Shown: positions 25,601 to 38,959 of the stretch, one piece after another
How positions within the stretch are numbered: the stretch's first letter is position 1
Layout: the number at the start of each line of letters is the position of its first letter
NCBI RefSeq assembly: GCF_006345805.1
Contig: NC_042997.1
Coordinates: forward strand, 16,492,001 to 16,556,000
Length of the DNA stretch: 64,000 nt
Reading direction: 5' to 3'
Origin: Octopus sinensis
Lineage: Eukaryota
Made by a program: the position numbers and the translations under genes
Notes under the pieces: generated by a model
Databases searched by the model: none
What the model was told of the DNA's origin: nothing
The model's input: the letters and a program-made list of their open reading frames with translations, nothing else

Positions 25601-26330
25601 CACTCTTCTTACTATACAGTTGTATAAAAGAAAAACAAATCTGGTATGTACAGAACTTGGGATTCTGCGATTCTGCATGTGTCAATAGAAGCATTTTCAA
25701 CCATTGACAAAATCTTGGTTCTTTTAAGACATTAAAATATTTCTTTAAAATAATAAAAAATTTAAAACGATAGAAAATTTAAAACGATAGAAAATCAAAA
25801 CAAAACAAAACAAAAAAAATGAAGCTTAAGAGATAAATTACTAACTCCTTTGCTATTAATTAAATCGAAAATTTTAATTAAATGTTGATGTCTAGATTAA
25901 TAGTTCATATGTTTGCTAAATTTAATTAAAATAAAATTCATTTTTGCTGAGATAGAAAAATTCAGAGTACAATTTGCAAGATCATATTTAGGGAAAAATG
26001 TACTGGATACAAGGTTAATTCAGAATACAGTGCATGTGTGTGTGTGTGCATGCACGTGTGTGTGTGTGTGTGTGCATGCATGCATGTGTGTGTGTGTGCA
26101 TGCATACAAGTGTCTGTTTTCATATAGAGTAATTTAAACCTGAATTGCATGAAAAATAACTCTGTGTGTATGCCTGTTTGTGTTACTGTTCTCATATCAT
26201 TTAATATGAAGTTGGAGTTTGGATATGTCACAGAGAGCATGTAGAATATATCAACAAAACATGGGAGATTGTTTATATGATATTTAGTTACTTTATCTTA
26301 CATACATTTCATTATATATATAAAAAAAAG

Positions 26331-26590
26331 ACAATTACCACCATGACTGATATCCAATCTACAGTGGAGAAGGCTAGCCACTGGATTTGGTTAAAAAGAG
26401 ACGATGAGCGATGGCTAGAAGTATATTGAGTTCTTCATAACCAGCTGATCTAGCAAGCGGGGCCTCATATCAGTGAGGGGGGCTGGTGCGCATTGATGCC
26501 GTCGAGAGGTAGGCCCCGAAACGGCGCGCCTTCTTTCCTGATGACCCCATACACTTGCTAGCTTCCGATATGCGGAGCTTTTAACTGGTA
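26331..26590 (+). mobile_element. 5'-truncated 3' end of a Hero-like (R2 superfamily, RLE) non-LTR retrotransposon
   Basis: Frame 26331-26429 reads TITTMTDIQSTVEKASHWIWLKRDDERWLEVY*, matching the AE(K/R)AS.W(L/I)W.KR....W C-terminus I recall for Hero elements. A GC- and CpG-rich 3' UTR follows. Confidence 0.75.
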
Positions 26591-26614
26591 GCACTTGCAT
26601 GTGCAAGTTGTTTG

Positions 26615-26761
26615 CAAGACATGGTTGTGTAGTAAAAAGTTTGCTTCTCAGCCACATGGTTCTGGGTTCAGTCCCATTGGACAAGTGTCTTGCTGTAGCT
26701 CCATACTGACGACCAAAGCCTTGTGAATGGATTTGGTAGACGGTAGTTGAAAGAAGCTTGT

Positions 26762-26824
<63 letters not shown>

Positions 26825-27030
26825 GTGTGTGTGTGTGAGTGTTTGTCCTTCATCACTGCTTGACAACCGGTGTTGGTATGTTTATATCCCCATAACTTAG
26901 CAGATCAGCAAAAGAAATCGATAGAATAAAAAGCAGGCTTAAAAAGAGAAAATAAGTATTCAGGTTGATTCATTTGACTAAAACTTCCTCAGCATGGTCG
27001 CAGTCTAATGACTGAAACAAGTAAATGATA
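26615..27030 (+). mobile_element. SINE family A with expanded internal (TA)n
   Basis: Head, a long (TA)n tract, body and tail are present. Confidence 0.82.
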
Positions 27031-28567
27031 CAGATAAAATGTATTGTCCAACTCTCCAGAGACTTGTGACCTTTATTTGTATCCTTTACTGAATGACTGC
27101 TACCTCTGTGATGGTTAGTTCTATCAGCAAATCAACAATCCAGTAATTCAAAATTGATAATACATTTTGAATATATAATTTACATTATATTATAAATAAT
27201 CTTTTTTCTTTTTTAATGAAATATATATAAAATAGTGTAACTAAATATTTTACATATAATGTCACATTTGATATCATTCTCCTGTTTTGTTTTGATATAT
27301 ATGTGCGTGTGTGTGTGTGTGAGATAAAATAGGTCTAATGGAGTGGAGAATGTCTCATGGGAGGATTCTATATGCTAAATACATATGTCTCCTTATTATG
27401 ATTTTGTGTTCTAATGCATAATTTCATGTAGTTTATATTAGCATTATTATTTTTAAGACCTTTTTCATACAGTCAAGCTTGTGGTATTTCTGGGATTTTG
27501 ATAATGTACTAAATAAATGAACTTGGTAGCCTTTCTTAAAAGTCATATGTTCATTAGTATTCTTTAAATATTAATGGCAAATAGTAGACAAAATACGTTT
27601 TTATACATTTTTTAAAACTTAATTTTACATTTGTGTGGAATAAAATGCCATTTTGCTTCAAGAAATATTTTTAAAAAATACATATAATTCAAAATAATGA
27701 AGATTTATTTAGTTTCTTTCGTTCTTTCTTATATTATAATATTAGTTCATTTTATTTCTTTTTGAATGATGGTGATGATGATGATGATGATGAATTTCTT
27801 AAAATGTAAAAATATGTTCAGTTTCATTATTTTGGAAAGTATTGGGGAAGGTTTGAAGATTTGAAAATTGTTGGAGAGGAAGCCTTAAAGATGCAGAAAT
27901 CTTCTTTTGGAAATGTCTTATGGAGATGCAAATGTTGTTATCGCTCTCATTGTCATCATTACCACTACCACTATCACCATTACCATCACTGTCACCGTCA
28001 TCGTTGTTGTCGTTTTATGTCCACTTTCCGTATTGATATAAGTTAGCCAAGTCATCATGGTCAGAATCAGTTTTTATTTAGAGTTATTGTTTCTTAGGTT
28101 AAGAGACTACACTTCGCTCATGTGTTCTATTTTGGCATGGTTTCTATGGCAGGATGCCCTTCCAAATGCCAACAACTTTACAAAGTGTACAAGATGCATT
28201 TTTTATCCACTAATATATTCAGACTAGTCTTCTTATCTTGGTTGTTATAGTTACAATATTTTGGCTGTTTTACCTTTTAATCTTCATATACCTTTTATAC
28301 TTGCATATGCCTTTTATACTTGATCACATTCATGAAATTTCAAAGTAAATTCTCTATTAAATCTGCAAGAATAGATTGTCCTTATTCCATTGCCCATATT
28401 GGGGATGTTTATCTCTTAGCCTCTTTTATTATGTTGATTGAATAAACCAGTCTATTATATTTTTTGGCAGACTCAAAAATCAAACTCATGGCCAACAGCT
28501 AAATTACTGCACTTATCTCTTAATCAATGTTTATATTTACTATCTCATTGTCCTGTAAGATTATTAA

Positions 28568-28775
28568 CCCATTAACATTTAAACTGGTCATATCCAGCCC
28601 AAATATACTACTTGTTTTATCTTCAAACCTCTCACACCTAACCTACAATGTCGTTCTAAAAATAAACAGTCACATCATTGAAATCTCTAAGCTATAAGAT
28701 GATGAATGATTAATTCAAAACAAGATGAATAAAAAAGCTTTACATGAGACAGAGTAATCTGAATACTAAAGTGTT
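28568..28775. mobile_element. piggyBac-type MITE (family I)
   Basis: TTAA at 28564-28567 followed by cccattaacattt; ends ctgaatactaaagtgtt, abutting a family C copy. Confidence 0.75.
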
Positions 28776-29113
28776 GCGTCGCCTTACTGGCACTTGTGCT
28801 GGTGGCACATGAAAAAACATTTGAGCGAGATTGTTCCAGTGTTGCTGGACTGGTTCCTGTGCAGGTGGCACATAAAAAACACCATTTGAGCGTTGCCAGT
28901 ACTGCCTGACTGGCCCTTGTGCTGGTGGCACATAAAAGCACCCACTACACTCTCAGAGTGGCTGGAGTTAGGAAGGGCATCCAGCTGTAGAAACTCTGCC
29001 AGATCAAGATTGGAGCCTGGTGCAGCCATCTGGTTCGCCAGCCCTCAGTCAAATCGTCCAACCCATGCTAGCATGGAAAGCGGATGTTAAACAACAATGA
29101 TGATGATGATGAT
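28776..29113 (+). mobile_element. SINE-like family C with internal ~62-bp tandem units
   Basis: ggtggcac recurs at about 28800, 28863 and 28925; canonical C 3' half and (GAT)n tail. Confidence 0.9.
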
Positions 29114-29666
29114 TGGAAATCAGAAGAGTTAAGCCTAACTTTTGCTTTTATCATATCAATAATAATACTAACTATTATTTCTAATTTAGGCATAAAACCA
29201 GAAGTTTTGAGGGATGGGATTTGATATCGTTGACCCCCCATATTTGACTGATACTTTATGTTATTGGCCTCTAAAGTGACGAAAGGCAGAGTTGACTTCA
29301 GCAGGATTGGAATTCAGAATGTAAAAAGCTGACAGAAAAAAAAAAAAAAAAATCAATTTGTTCACTCCTCTAGTGATATTGCTATTCTACCACAATCTCA
29401 TCAGCATATAAAAATGATAATTATTCATTTCAGACAAAATTTATCAGATGCAGGCTTTTTATTGTGGCACCAGCATGAGAGGTTGTCCTCAGTTATCCTA
29501 AAAAGTCTTCACTACCCTATGCTGTCTCTGTTCATTTGTTATTCACCTTACTGACTGCATTTTGTCTTGGCACCACTACATGAGATGCTATCTTTATGTT
29601 TGTTCAAGGCAGATGTGAATGAAAAGACTAATTGAAGTATGTGTGTGTGTGTGTAGATATAGATAT

Positions 29667-30050
29667 TCTTTTATTATTTTACTTGTTTCATTTATTTGAC
29701 TGCAGCCATGCTGGAGCACTGCCTTGAAGGGTTTTAGTTGAACAAATCGACCCCAAGACTTTTTGCTAAGCCTAGTACTTATTCTATCAGTCTCTTTAAT
29801 TGAACTGCTAAGTTACAGGTATGTAAACACACCAACACTGGTTGTCAAATGATGATGGCGGGGGGACAAACAGACAAAAAGACAAACACACACACACACA
29901 CATGGTGGTCTCCTTTCAGTTTCCATCACAAATCCACTCACAAGGCTTTGGTTGGCCCAAGCCTATAGTAGAAAACACTTGCCTGGTGTCCCATGTAGTG
30001 AGACTGAACCTCGAACCATGTGGTAGGGAAACAAGCTTCTTACCACATAG
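29667..30050 (-). mobile_element. SINE family A, diverged
   Basis: Reverse-complement motifs. Confidence 0.78.
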
Positions 30051-30087
30051 TATATAAATACACATGCTTATATATACATATATATAT

Positions 30088-30460
30088 GGGCAAGCGAAAG
30101 CGAAATCGAAATCGAATTGAACCAGCCAGGATCCCTGGTCTGGTGGTACGTAAAAAGCACTATCCGACTCGTAGCCGATGCCAGCGCCGCCTCGACTGGC
30201 TTCCGTGCCGGTGGCACATAAAATACTACAATCCGACCGTGGCCGTTGCCAGCCTCGCCTGGCACCTGTGCAGGTGGCACGTAAAAAGCACCCACTACAC
30301 TCACGGAGTGGTTGGCGTTAGGAAGGGCATCCAGCTGTAGAAACATTGCCAGATAAGACTGGAGCCTGGTGCAGCCTTCTGGCTTCCCAGATCCCCGGTC
30401 GAACCGTCCAACCCATGCTAGCATGGAGAACGGACGTTAAACAATGATGATGATGATGAT
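30088..30460 (+). mobile_element. SINE-like family C, young copy
   Basis: CpG-rich. It has a (GAAA(G/T)C)n leader, three tandem units, then ggcgttaggaagggcatccagctgtagaaac and a (GAT)n tail. Confidence 0.92.
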
Positions 30461-30482
30461 GATATATATATGTATGTATGTA

Positions 30483-30521
<39 letters not shown>

Positions 30522-33100
30522 TTATACACATGTGCACACACACAAAATTGCCTAGTGGATTGGTCTACCAACTTACACTATGTTCATTGAGATCCATGCT
30601 GCAAGATTTGGTTGAATCTCTGGATAGTGCACTTTAATATATGTACCTAAAGTAATTTTGATTTTTGATAGAAGACACCTAATTGTAGTTCTGTCACTAT
30701 GGATTACATTATGAATTGATTTGTTTCTGTGTATGTGCAACTGGATATAAAATTGTATCTAGATCTTGCACATTTTCCTCCTTAAAAGATTTAAGCTATG
30801 ATTTTTTGTTTGATAAGATATAGATTGTAGTCCTGTAATTTAATTTTTTTCAGAAAATTTGCACTCTGAAGTTGATGTGTCATGTGCTTAAGTAGTTGAA
30901 GATTGTGTGACCATATGCATATGTTTAAATTCAGCAAATCTTACACACAAACCAATTTTATTATAAATCTCATAAATAAATATTCAGTTAGAGAAAATCA
31001 AACAATCAGTCAAACATAGCACTGTGATGTTTCCAAAGTTTGGATCTCTAATTTTACTTGTACCACATTCCACAGAATATTAAAATTTTTCATCCAAAAT
31101 GGATTACTCGGAAGAAAGAAGCTGTACATATGGCCTTTGTAGACTTTCGGACTGCTGAGTAGTAGCTGTTGATGCTGGGTGTATGATTAAGAAGTTTGCT
31201 TTGCAAGCAAATAAATCTAGATCTGATCCTACTGTCTGGTGCCTTGGGCAAGTGTCTTCTATCATATTGTATGGATAAGCAATACTTTGTGAATAAAATT
31301 TGGGAGACAGTAATTGCACAGAAGATCATTGTGTGTATGTGTCTAACACAAGTGTATATTGGCAAAAAATATACAGAATGGTGATAAAATTCATAATCCT
31401 ATCAATCTAAAATAGTTTGTGGTATTGGTTCCACATGACTTGCATAGATACTCTCATCTTACTCATGCAATTGTAAGTGTAGTGAACCAGTGATTGTCCC
31501 ATTGGGAAACTATAACCACTGTTGCTATATTATATAAAACATATAAATCCATGACTGCAGAAAAACATATGGTAGTAAAGGAATCCTAGAAGGCTAACAT
31601 CTTGCGAAGGAAGGATTGTGGAGAGGGATTACTATGGGACCTGGTGGTGGGGAGACAAAGTATGGGTGATAAAAAGAGGAGAGGAGTAAGTGTTTGTTAG
31701 AATGACTTGAGCAAAGATGATATGCAACCAACTAGTAATGAAGAGCATGTGAGTATTTCCATGTCTATCAGTGAGTGGGAAATGTTAAATGTTTCAACTA
31801 AGGAGATAAATGAGCCAATGATGGAGCCTAGAGTTACAATTCAATAAGCCTCAGTTTCTGGTAACACACACGCACACACATATGAGAGAGAGAGAGAGAG
31901 AGAGACACATACACATGTAAATTAATGTTTAAAAAAATTTTTTAAAGTCTAAATAGTGCAAATTATAAGGGATAATATAAGTTGATGGTTTGTATATCTT
32001 TGCTTTGTATTTCAATATAATCAGTAAGATGTCTTTTTAGGAAAACTTTGGAGAAATTGTGTTGTGAGTTAACTTCTGTGATCTATTTTATGCAAGCTAT
32101 GCTACTATATATATAAATATATTGATTTTTTTTTTTATGTTAGGTTAAGTAGGATAAACAGTTTAACATTAAACTGAAGAATTATTTAATACCTTTTTGT
32201 AGATTACATGTTTATTAAAATTTTACAAGAGAGTTGACAGGGATTTTGAAGTTTTGGTCTGCTAGTCTCCATTAGACTATGTGTGTGTGTATCTGCACGT
32301 GCACATGCGTGTGTATGAAGGTGAAACTCTAGAGCAGCAAGAGACTGACTTGACTAAAATAAAATATTAAATCTCTATCATGGTATGGAGTACCTTTTTT
32401 TCTGACAGGTAATATTAAATGTGCATGTGTGTGCATGCGTGCACACGCGCACACACACACTCACACACACAATATGTGTTATAAGTGTAACATGTCACTT
32501 GGTTTAACATCATTGTGTGATATTTGGGTGCCTTTCGTCAAGTCAATGCTGGTTCCCTCTGCACTTTTCATGCAGACACTCAGGTTGTAGATTAGCTGCA
32601 TCAATCTCATCAGCATGACGACCTTTAAAGATCATAAGCATTTCTTTACTAATGTCATCACCACTGCCGTTGACATCATCATCGTTTTATTGTTCACTTT
32701 TCCATATTTGTATGGGTCAGATGGAATTGGTTGATTTGTTAACTGTCCTGAAGTTTTGAGTTTCACTTTTGCTGTACATCTTTCTTAAACACTAGTATAA
32801 AATGTCAAAATCTAGGTTTAATACGGTGATGTGTTTTGTAGGGTTAAATCCAAAGTGGATATGATCAATTAATTTCTTGATTTAATGAGTTATAAACGAG
32901 CTGATTAAGATTATACATGCAACTCCCACAACAGCAGATGTTACTATCCAACTATTGAATACTTATCGAACATGTATATATGCATGAAAATTCAATTACT
33001 TCATTGGCTAAAGGACATGTTTTTTTTTTATTATTTACCTCTAAATTGTATGATAAATAAATAAATGACAAAAAAGTACTGCAACAAAAAAAAAAAAAAT

Positions 33101-33145
<45 letters not shown>

Positions 33146-33602
33146 GTAAGTAAAAGTTGTCATAAGAGCCTGTCCTCACCTCTACCTAATGTATTGTTCT
33201 GCTTTATTTATTTAGCTTGTTTAGTATCAGGGAAGTAGATATAAGATTGTCTCAGTGATTTTTATAGATCGGCAATCTTTTTTGTACTTATTTCAAGCTT
33301 AGTTAATCTTTCTTATATATTTTCTTTGACAACCTCTCATGATCCTGTTTACTTACTTGAAAGTTAATAACTTAAACAGCTGTAATACTCTTTCATATAT
33401 TATAAGATTTTCAAATCAGAATTTCTCACGCATGACAAATGAAACAGGTAGAAAGTCATTGACATATGTTGCGTATTCACTTCATTATTTAATTTGGAAT
33501 ATCTTTGCTTTACCTTATGGCTTTATATGATTGTAAGTAAGGACTTTTTGAAAGTGTTTTTCATTTATTTATTTATATGATCGTTTTTACATGACTACTG
33601 GA

Positions 33603-33688
<86 letters not shown>

Positions 33689-33697
33689 TGTGTGTGT

Positions 33698-33737
<40 letters not shown>

Positions 33738-33746
33738 TATGTGTGC

Positions 33747-33777
<31 letters not shown>

Positions 33778-34756
33778 TATATGTGTGTGTATATATATGT
33801 GTGTGTGTGTATATATATATATGTGTGTGTATATATATACGTGTATATATATATATATATATTATTCAGTGCAGTTTGATTTGGTTCCATGTGACTTAAA
33901 GTTTGAGGGCCTCTAATAAGCCTGTCTCTTTCAGGCAATAAAACTGTTTTAAATAGTGCATGTAACTCTTACTAAATGTGTCGAGTTCCCTTTTTCTTTT
34001 ATTTGTCCACTCACCCTTACATACATACACACACACACACATATATGCATACACACACTCTCACATGTAAATCATCATAATCGTTACCATTTAATGTCCA
34101 CTTTTCCATGCTTGCGTGGATCAGATGGAAAGTGTTGAGACAGGTTTTCTATGGCTGAATAGCTTTCCTATTGTCCATTCTTATCTGTTTCCAAGCAAGA
34201 TAATATTTCGCTTTGACACGACATGTTTTGCATGAAAGTTTGGAAACAAGCGATATTGTTTGCATGTTAATGATGCTCATTAGAATTGTCACATGATATC
34301 AAGACAAGGAGAGAGAGAGAGAGATACACACACACACACACACTAATATTACAAATATATATATATATATATATATTTGTAAATGTTGGGATAAACAAAA
34401 GGTATTACAAGTCCAAGCTATTGGATTTGTAATACCTTTCTTCTGCCCCTTTAATCTTCTCTGTCATTCGTACTCTGTGTAAGTTAGACATTTTTATATG
34501 TATACATATATACATATTTTGTATTTGATGTATTTAATATACTTTATATATTGATATGTCTAATTTGCTTATCCCCGCTTTTGCTTCTATATCAGCTCAA
34601 CCTGATCCTTCTTATGCCTTTCTTTACTTTGTGGAATATCCCCTGTAAAGACAATGAAGTCTAGGTTTGAATCTTTTGAGCACTACTAAGTTTGTTCTAT
34701 AAGGAAAATATCTGGACCTCATCTGTGAACTATATATATATATATATATTTGTAAA

Positions 34757-35000
34757 CAGGGTTGGCCAAAAGTCACCTGACGGTAAATCAAAACCATTTA
34801 ATTCCAAGATTAAAGCAAAAAATTATTTCATATGAGACTTTGCTAATAAATAGATAAATGTTGAAAAAGAAAAAAGAAAAATGATTTTAACTCACAGCAT
34901 TCAATTATTAAGCATTCATAATTGGAATGAATAAATGAAATTGAATATTAGGTATTTATAGAATTTTGATTTAATGTTGAGTGACTTTTGGCCAACCCTG
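34757..35000. mobile_element. Tc1/mariner-type MITE, 244 bp
   Basis: Perfect 20-bp TIRs cagggttggccaaaagtcac (34757-34776) and gtgacttttggccaaccctg (34981-35000). TA on the right flank, AA on the left (possibly a mutated TSD). Confidence 0.9.
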
Positions 35001-35029
35001 TATATATGTATAGATATAGACACCCTCTT

Positions 35030-35205
35030 AGCCTCCCCAGTGGGAACATCCAAGGTGTGATGACAGCTAGGAGAGAGGACTATACCAGTATTTTGGCTTG
35101 TACTCATTTCAGCCAAGTCCACTTGAATAACAGAAAAGCAAGTGTCTTACTCAAAGTTAGAACACACCACCCAGTCCAGGAACAGAACTCACAACCTTGT
35201 AATCT
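35030..35205 (-). mobile_element. SINE family E, degraded
   Basis: tactcatttcagccaag...aagtgtcttactcaa...ccagtccaggaa aligns with 15123-15368. Confidence 0.55.
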
Positions 35206-35616
35206 TATACAAAATACAATGTATGTGTTTTAAAAGGAACATTTGTATCACTCTGTAAAAGCAGCTTGGATCTGTGGTTCTTTATTCCATTTACTATGAA
35301 ACCAATATCTTGGGAAAAATGATTGTATTTCATATGTGTCCTTGCCACAGCACATAAATGTTGTTTTTATTGTTCAGTGGTGATTGACCGAATGTTCAAT
35401 GTCTCACTTCTATTCTAAGCACGAGTGTTTTCTAACAGCAGCTTGTGAATGTCTATTTATAAACATGATTGTGTATGTTTCCAGCATGACTATATGAGTT
35501 TGAAAACCATAATATTCATGCAGAAGACACATGACTAAAGAGAGATTTGTTTTTGTTTTGTTATCACACTTATTTATAATAGTAGTAGTAGTGGTAATAA
35601 TAATAATAATAATAAT

Positions 35617-36026
35617 CAGTTGAGCATGTCCCTTAGTGGCTGACGATATGTGCATCTCTGATCACGAGCAGAAGTAGTAGGGGAGCATCATAGCCATGTG
35701 TTGAGAGGGATTCTTTGGGGTTTGAATAATTCACCTCTGGAAACATGGGTGGTTCTTTCAACATCCTTAAACAACCTTATTCAGGGACCTTTTGAGCGGG
35801 ATGGGCTACTCAACCTGAAGAAAATTCTAACTGGGCCCCACCTGCAAGGTCATGTGCTGTTTATCTTGATATGAGATCACCATGTCACGCACATATGGTT
35901 GTGATGCATGCGCCTGGTGTACCCTTATCAGACGGGTAGTCATGATGGGTATATTGGGCTTCGTATACTTTACCCCAGTGTCACTTTGATGGTATGAACT
36001 GCTCTCTCACTCAATAATAATAATAA
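35617..36026 (+). mobile_element. Retroposon-like repeat 3' end with (TAA)n tail, sitting in a (TAA)n tract
   Basis: A GC-richer block ending ctgctctctcactcaataataataat with (TAA)n on both sides. It is a single copy here, so the family call rests on recollection of a common octopus repeat. Confidence 0.45.
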
Positions 36027-36029
36027 TGA

Positions 36030-36640
36030 TTATGATTTTGTATTTTGGTACAAGACTAGCGATTTCAGGGAGGGGTATGTCAATTACATCAACCCTCATA
36101 AGTTTAACTGGTACTTATTTTATCAACCCTGAAAGGATGGAAGGCAAAGTTGACCTTGGCAGAATTTGAACTCAGAACATAAAGATGGGAAAAAAGCTAC
36201 TAAGCATTTTGTTTGATGCAGTAACAATTTTGCCAGCTCACTACCTTAATGATGCTTTTAGCTCACCATCTTAATAATAATAAATATCCTTTCTACTATA
36301 GGCACAAGACCTGAAATTTTGGGGGAGGAGACTACTCGATTACATTGACCCCAAGAATTGACTGGTACTTATTTTGTCAACATCAAAAGGATGAAAGTCA
36401 AAGTTGACTGTGACAACATTTGAATTCAGAATATAAAGGCAGACGAAATTCCGCTAAGCATTATGCTAATAATTCTGTCAGCTCGCCACCATAATAATAA
36501 TTTCAAATTTTGGCACAAGGCCAGCAATTTCAGGGGAGGGAGTAAGTCAATTACATTGACCAGTGCTCAGCTGGTACTTATTTTATTGTCCCCAAAGGAT
36601 GAAAGGCAAAGTCAGCCTGGGTGGAATTTCATCCCCCAAG
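36030..36640 (-). mobile_element. Three head-to-tail SINE B2 copies (about 36030-36250, 36275-36490, 36500-36640)
   Basis: ctggtacttatttt...aaaggat(g/gg)aa(a)g(g/t)caaagt occurs three times, separated by AAT-rich spacers. Confidence 0.8.
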
Positions 36641-37757
36641 GTCAAGAAAACAAAGTACCAATCAAGTATGGGGTGGTTAGCATCAATTGTTCCCATCTCC
36701 ACACCAAATATCAGGCCATGTACCTATGTTAGAATCCATTGTTGTTGTTTTTACTATTGCTATTAACATGATCTTATTTGTTTTTCAAACCCAGTGCACT
36801 TTAGACATTACTTTTCAATGTTTGCCTTTTCAAGATGGTAGGATGTGTAATTTGGAGATTTTTCTGCCAGGTTTAGCCACCATGTAGAGGTTCTTGTTGG
36901 CAGACAGCATTTGGTCCTGTTGTGTACAAGTTAAGTGATGAAGCGAGCCTCTAATTTACTTCACCTTTACAACCCACGTCTCTTATGTATGTATATGTGT
37001 ATACATACACACGACAATACAATAAGTATGTAAGTCCATTGATAAAGAAACTAGAATTAGCATTGAAACCAAATGAGATTTTTTTACTTTTATGCATATG
37101 CATGTGTTGGTATGTGTGTGTATGCTCGTATATATGTGTAAGTGTCTATATGCATTTTTGTAAGTTTGTGTATGCATGAATGTATTTGCATAAATAATAG
37201 TAATATGTGTGTAGGTGTTTGTGTAAGGAGGATGTGTGGTACAGATACCCCCTTTCAGATCCTCCTACACTGATGAGATTTATGTATGTGGTATATTGTT
37301 TGAATCTCTCTAGATGGACGTCTGTAAAACAAACCTGGGCAAGGAGGGGAGCATTGTGATCCTGGGAGAAGAAAGATCGGGCAGAGTGTTTAGTGCATGC
37401 TGTGGGAAATGAGACACAAGAATGATTATGGGAAAAAGGGACAGATGATTCTTGAAGGGAGTATATATGTAGCTAAGTATATCATTGCAATAAAATATCA
37501 GAAGAGGTTGAGGTAGAAAACAATGTGTCTGTGAGCCAGCCAGTGGTTCAAATATGTTGGCAAATTATATCTTTGTTAATCAGTCAAATGATCTTCTTTT
37601 TGCTGCAATTAAGGCTGTTTCTGTGTTGTGGCAGCAACACTTATCCACATATGCAAGTGGTATTGCTCATACACATGTTAATGGGTCAACAACTGAAGTA
37701 CTTTCTGCTCTGAAAAAGAATTCTACTGTGTATGTGTGTGATGCAGGTTTGATTATG

Positions 37758-37812
<55 letters not shown>

Positions 37813-37813
<1 letters not shown>

Positions 37814-38435
37814 GGTGCAAATATGGCTGTGTGGTAGCAAGCTTGCTTCCCAACTTCCCAACCACATGGTTCTAGGTTCAGTTCCATTGCATGGCACCTT
37901 AGGCAAGTGTCTTCTACAATAGCCTCAGGCTGACCAAAGCCTTGTGAGTGGATTTGGTTGACAGAAACTGGAAGAAACCTGTTGTATATATATGCATGTA
38001 TATATTTGTGTGTGTGTCTGTCTCTGTGTTTGCTCCCCCCAGCCATTACTTGACAACTGATGCTGGTGTGTTTATGTCCTCATAACTTAGCAGTTTGGCA
38101 AAAGAGACTCATAGAATAAGTACTAGGATTACAAAGAATAAGTCCTAGGGCCGATATTTTTCAATTAACAACCTTTAACCATTTAGCATTCAGATTAATC
38201 TGTCAAATGTAAAGCCTGTTTAATTACATTGTTTTAAATTTATTGTACAGCATCTTGTAACTCTGGGATTTTGATGATGCTCCTGTTTATTTTTAGACTG
38301 ACTTTGTAGGGTAGGTGTGAGAGGTCAGAGCTGGCTGGTTTGAGCATAAAACAGGAGGACTATTTTGGCCTGATATGGCCAGTTTAAACACTAAGGGGTT
38401 AAGGCTGCAGTCAACTGACTGAAACAAAAGAATAA
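37813..38435 (+). mobile_element. SINE family A interrupted near its tail by a piggyBac-type MITE
   Basis: The A tail resumes with ggctgcagtcaactgactgaaacaa after TTAA at 38399-38402. Confidence 0.82.
38179..38398. mobile_element. piggyBac-type MITE (family I)
   Basis: TTAA TSDs at 38175-38178 and 38399-38402; termini ccatttagcatt and aacactaagggg. Confidence 0.85.
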
Positions 38436-38483
38436 ATAAATACACACACACACACACACACGCACACACACACACACACACAC

Positions 38484-38518
<35 letters not shown>

Positions 38519-38959
38519 TTTTATTAAAGCTGAAAAATCTTCAGATTTGTTATTCAGAGATTCATGTGACTGTCCATCAGACAGTTTGGATTATTACAAC
38601 TACCTGATGAACAATCACGTGAAACACTGAGCAGCAGTTTTGGTAAGTTCTTTTATGGTTTTAATAGAATATTATATTACTCTGTTTTTGGTATTCGAAT
38701 ACTATTTTTTCCTTCTTATTTTGCACCTATAAGCTTACTTTGTGTGTGTGTATTTTACTTGAGGCCTAGGGACTCATAAGGCCAGTTACTCAGTTTCTCT
38801 GGTGCATAAGTGACTGAGATTACAACATTCCTTGAATAGGATGCCAGTCCATTGCAGGTTTGAAGGCCAGCAATTTTGAGGGAAGGGGTTTAGTTGGTAC
38901 TTTATTTTACTGACCCCCCCCCACTCCACACACACACACACACACACAATGAAAGACAT

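Noticed and set aside
26510-26547. Type-II hammerhead from CGAAAC...CTGATGA
   Set aside because: Stem II would need CCCC to pair with CCCC and there is no stem I. Kept only as a structured 3' UTR.
28776-28940. CRISPR-like repeat/spacer pattern in the family C tandem units
   Set aside because: The context is eukaryotic, the apparent spacers are homologous to each other, and the units are internal to a dispersed retroposon.
31701-31748. 48-nt in-frame exon candidate NDLSKDDMQPTSNEEH with a gtgagt donor
   Set aside because: The acceptor is weak and there is no recognisable homology; such candidates are expected by chance in 64 kb.
37262-37330. Hammerhead from tacaCTGATGAg...acgtctgta
   Set aside because: Stem I and ACGUC fit, but the essential GAAA is absent.
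38598-38647. Hammerhead from CTGATGA-ACAATCACGT-GAAAC
   Set aside because: Stem II is only 2 bp, 15.2/16.2 is mismatched, and stem I does not pair in register.
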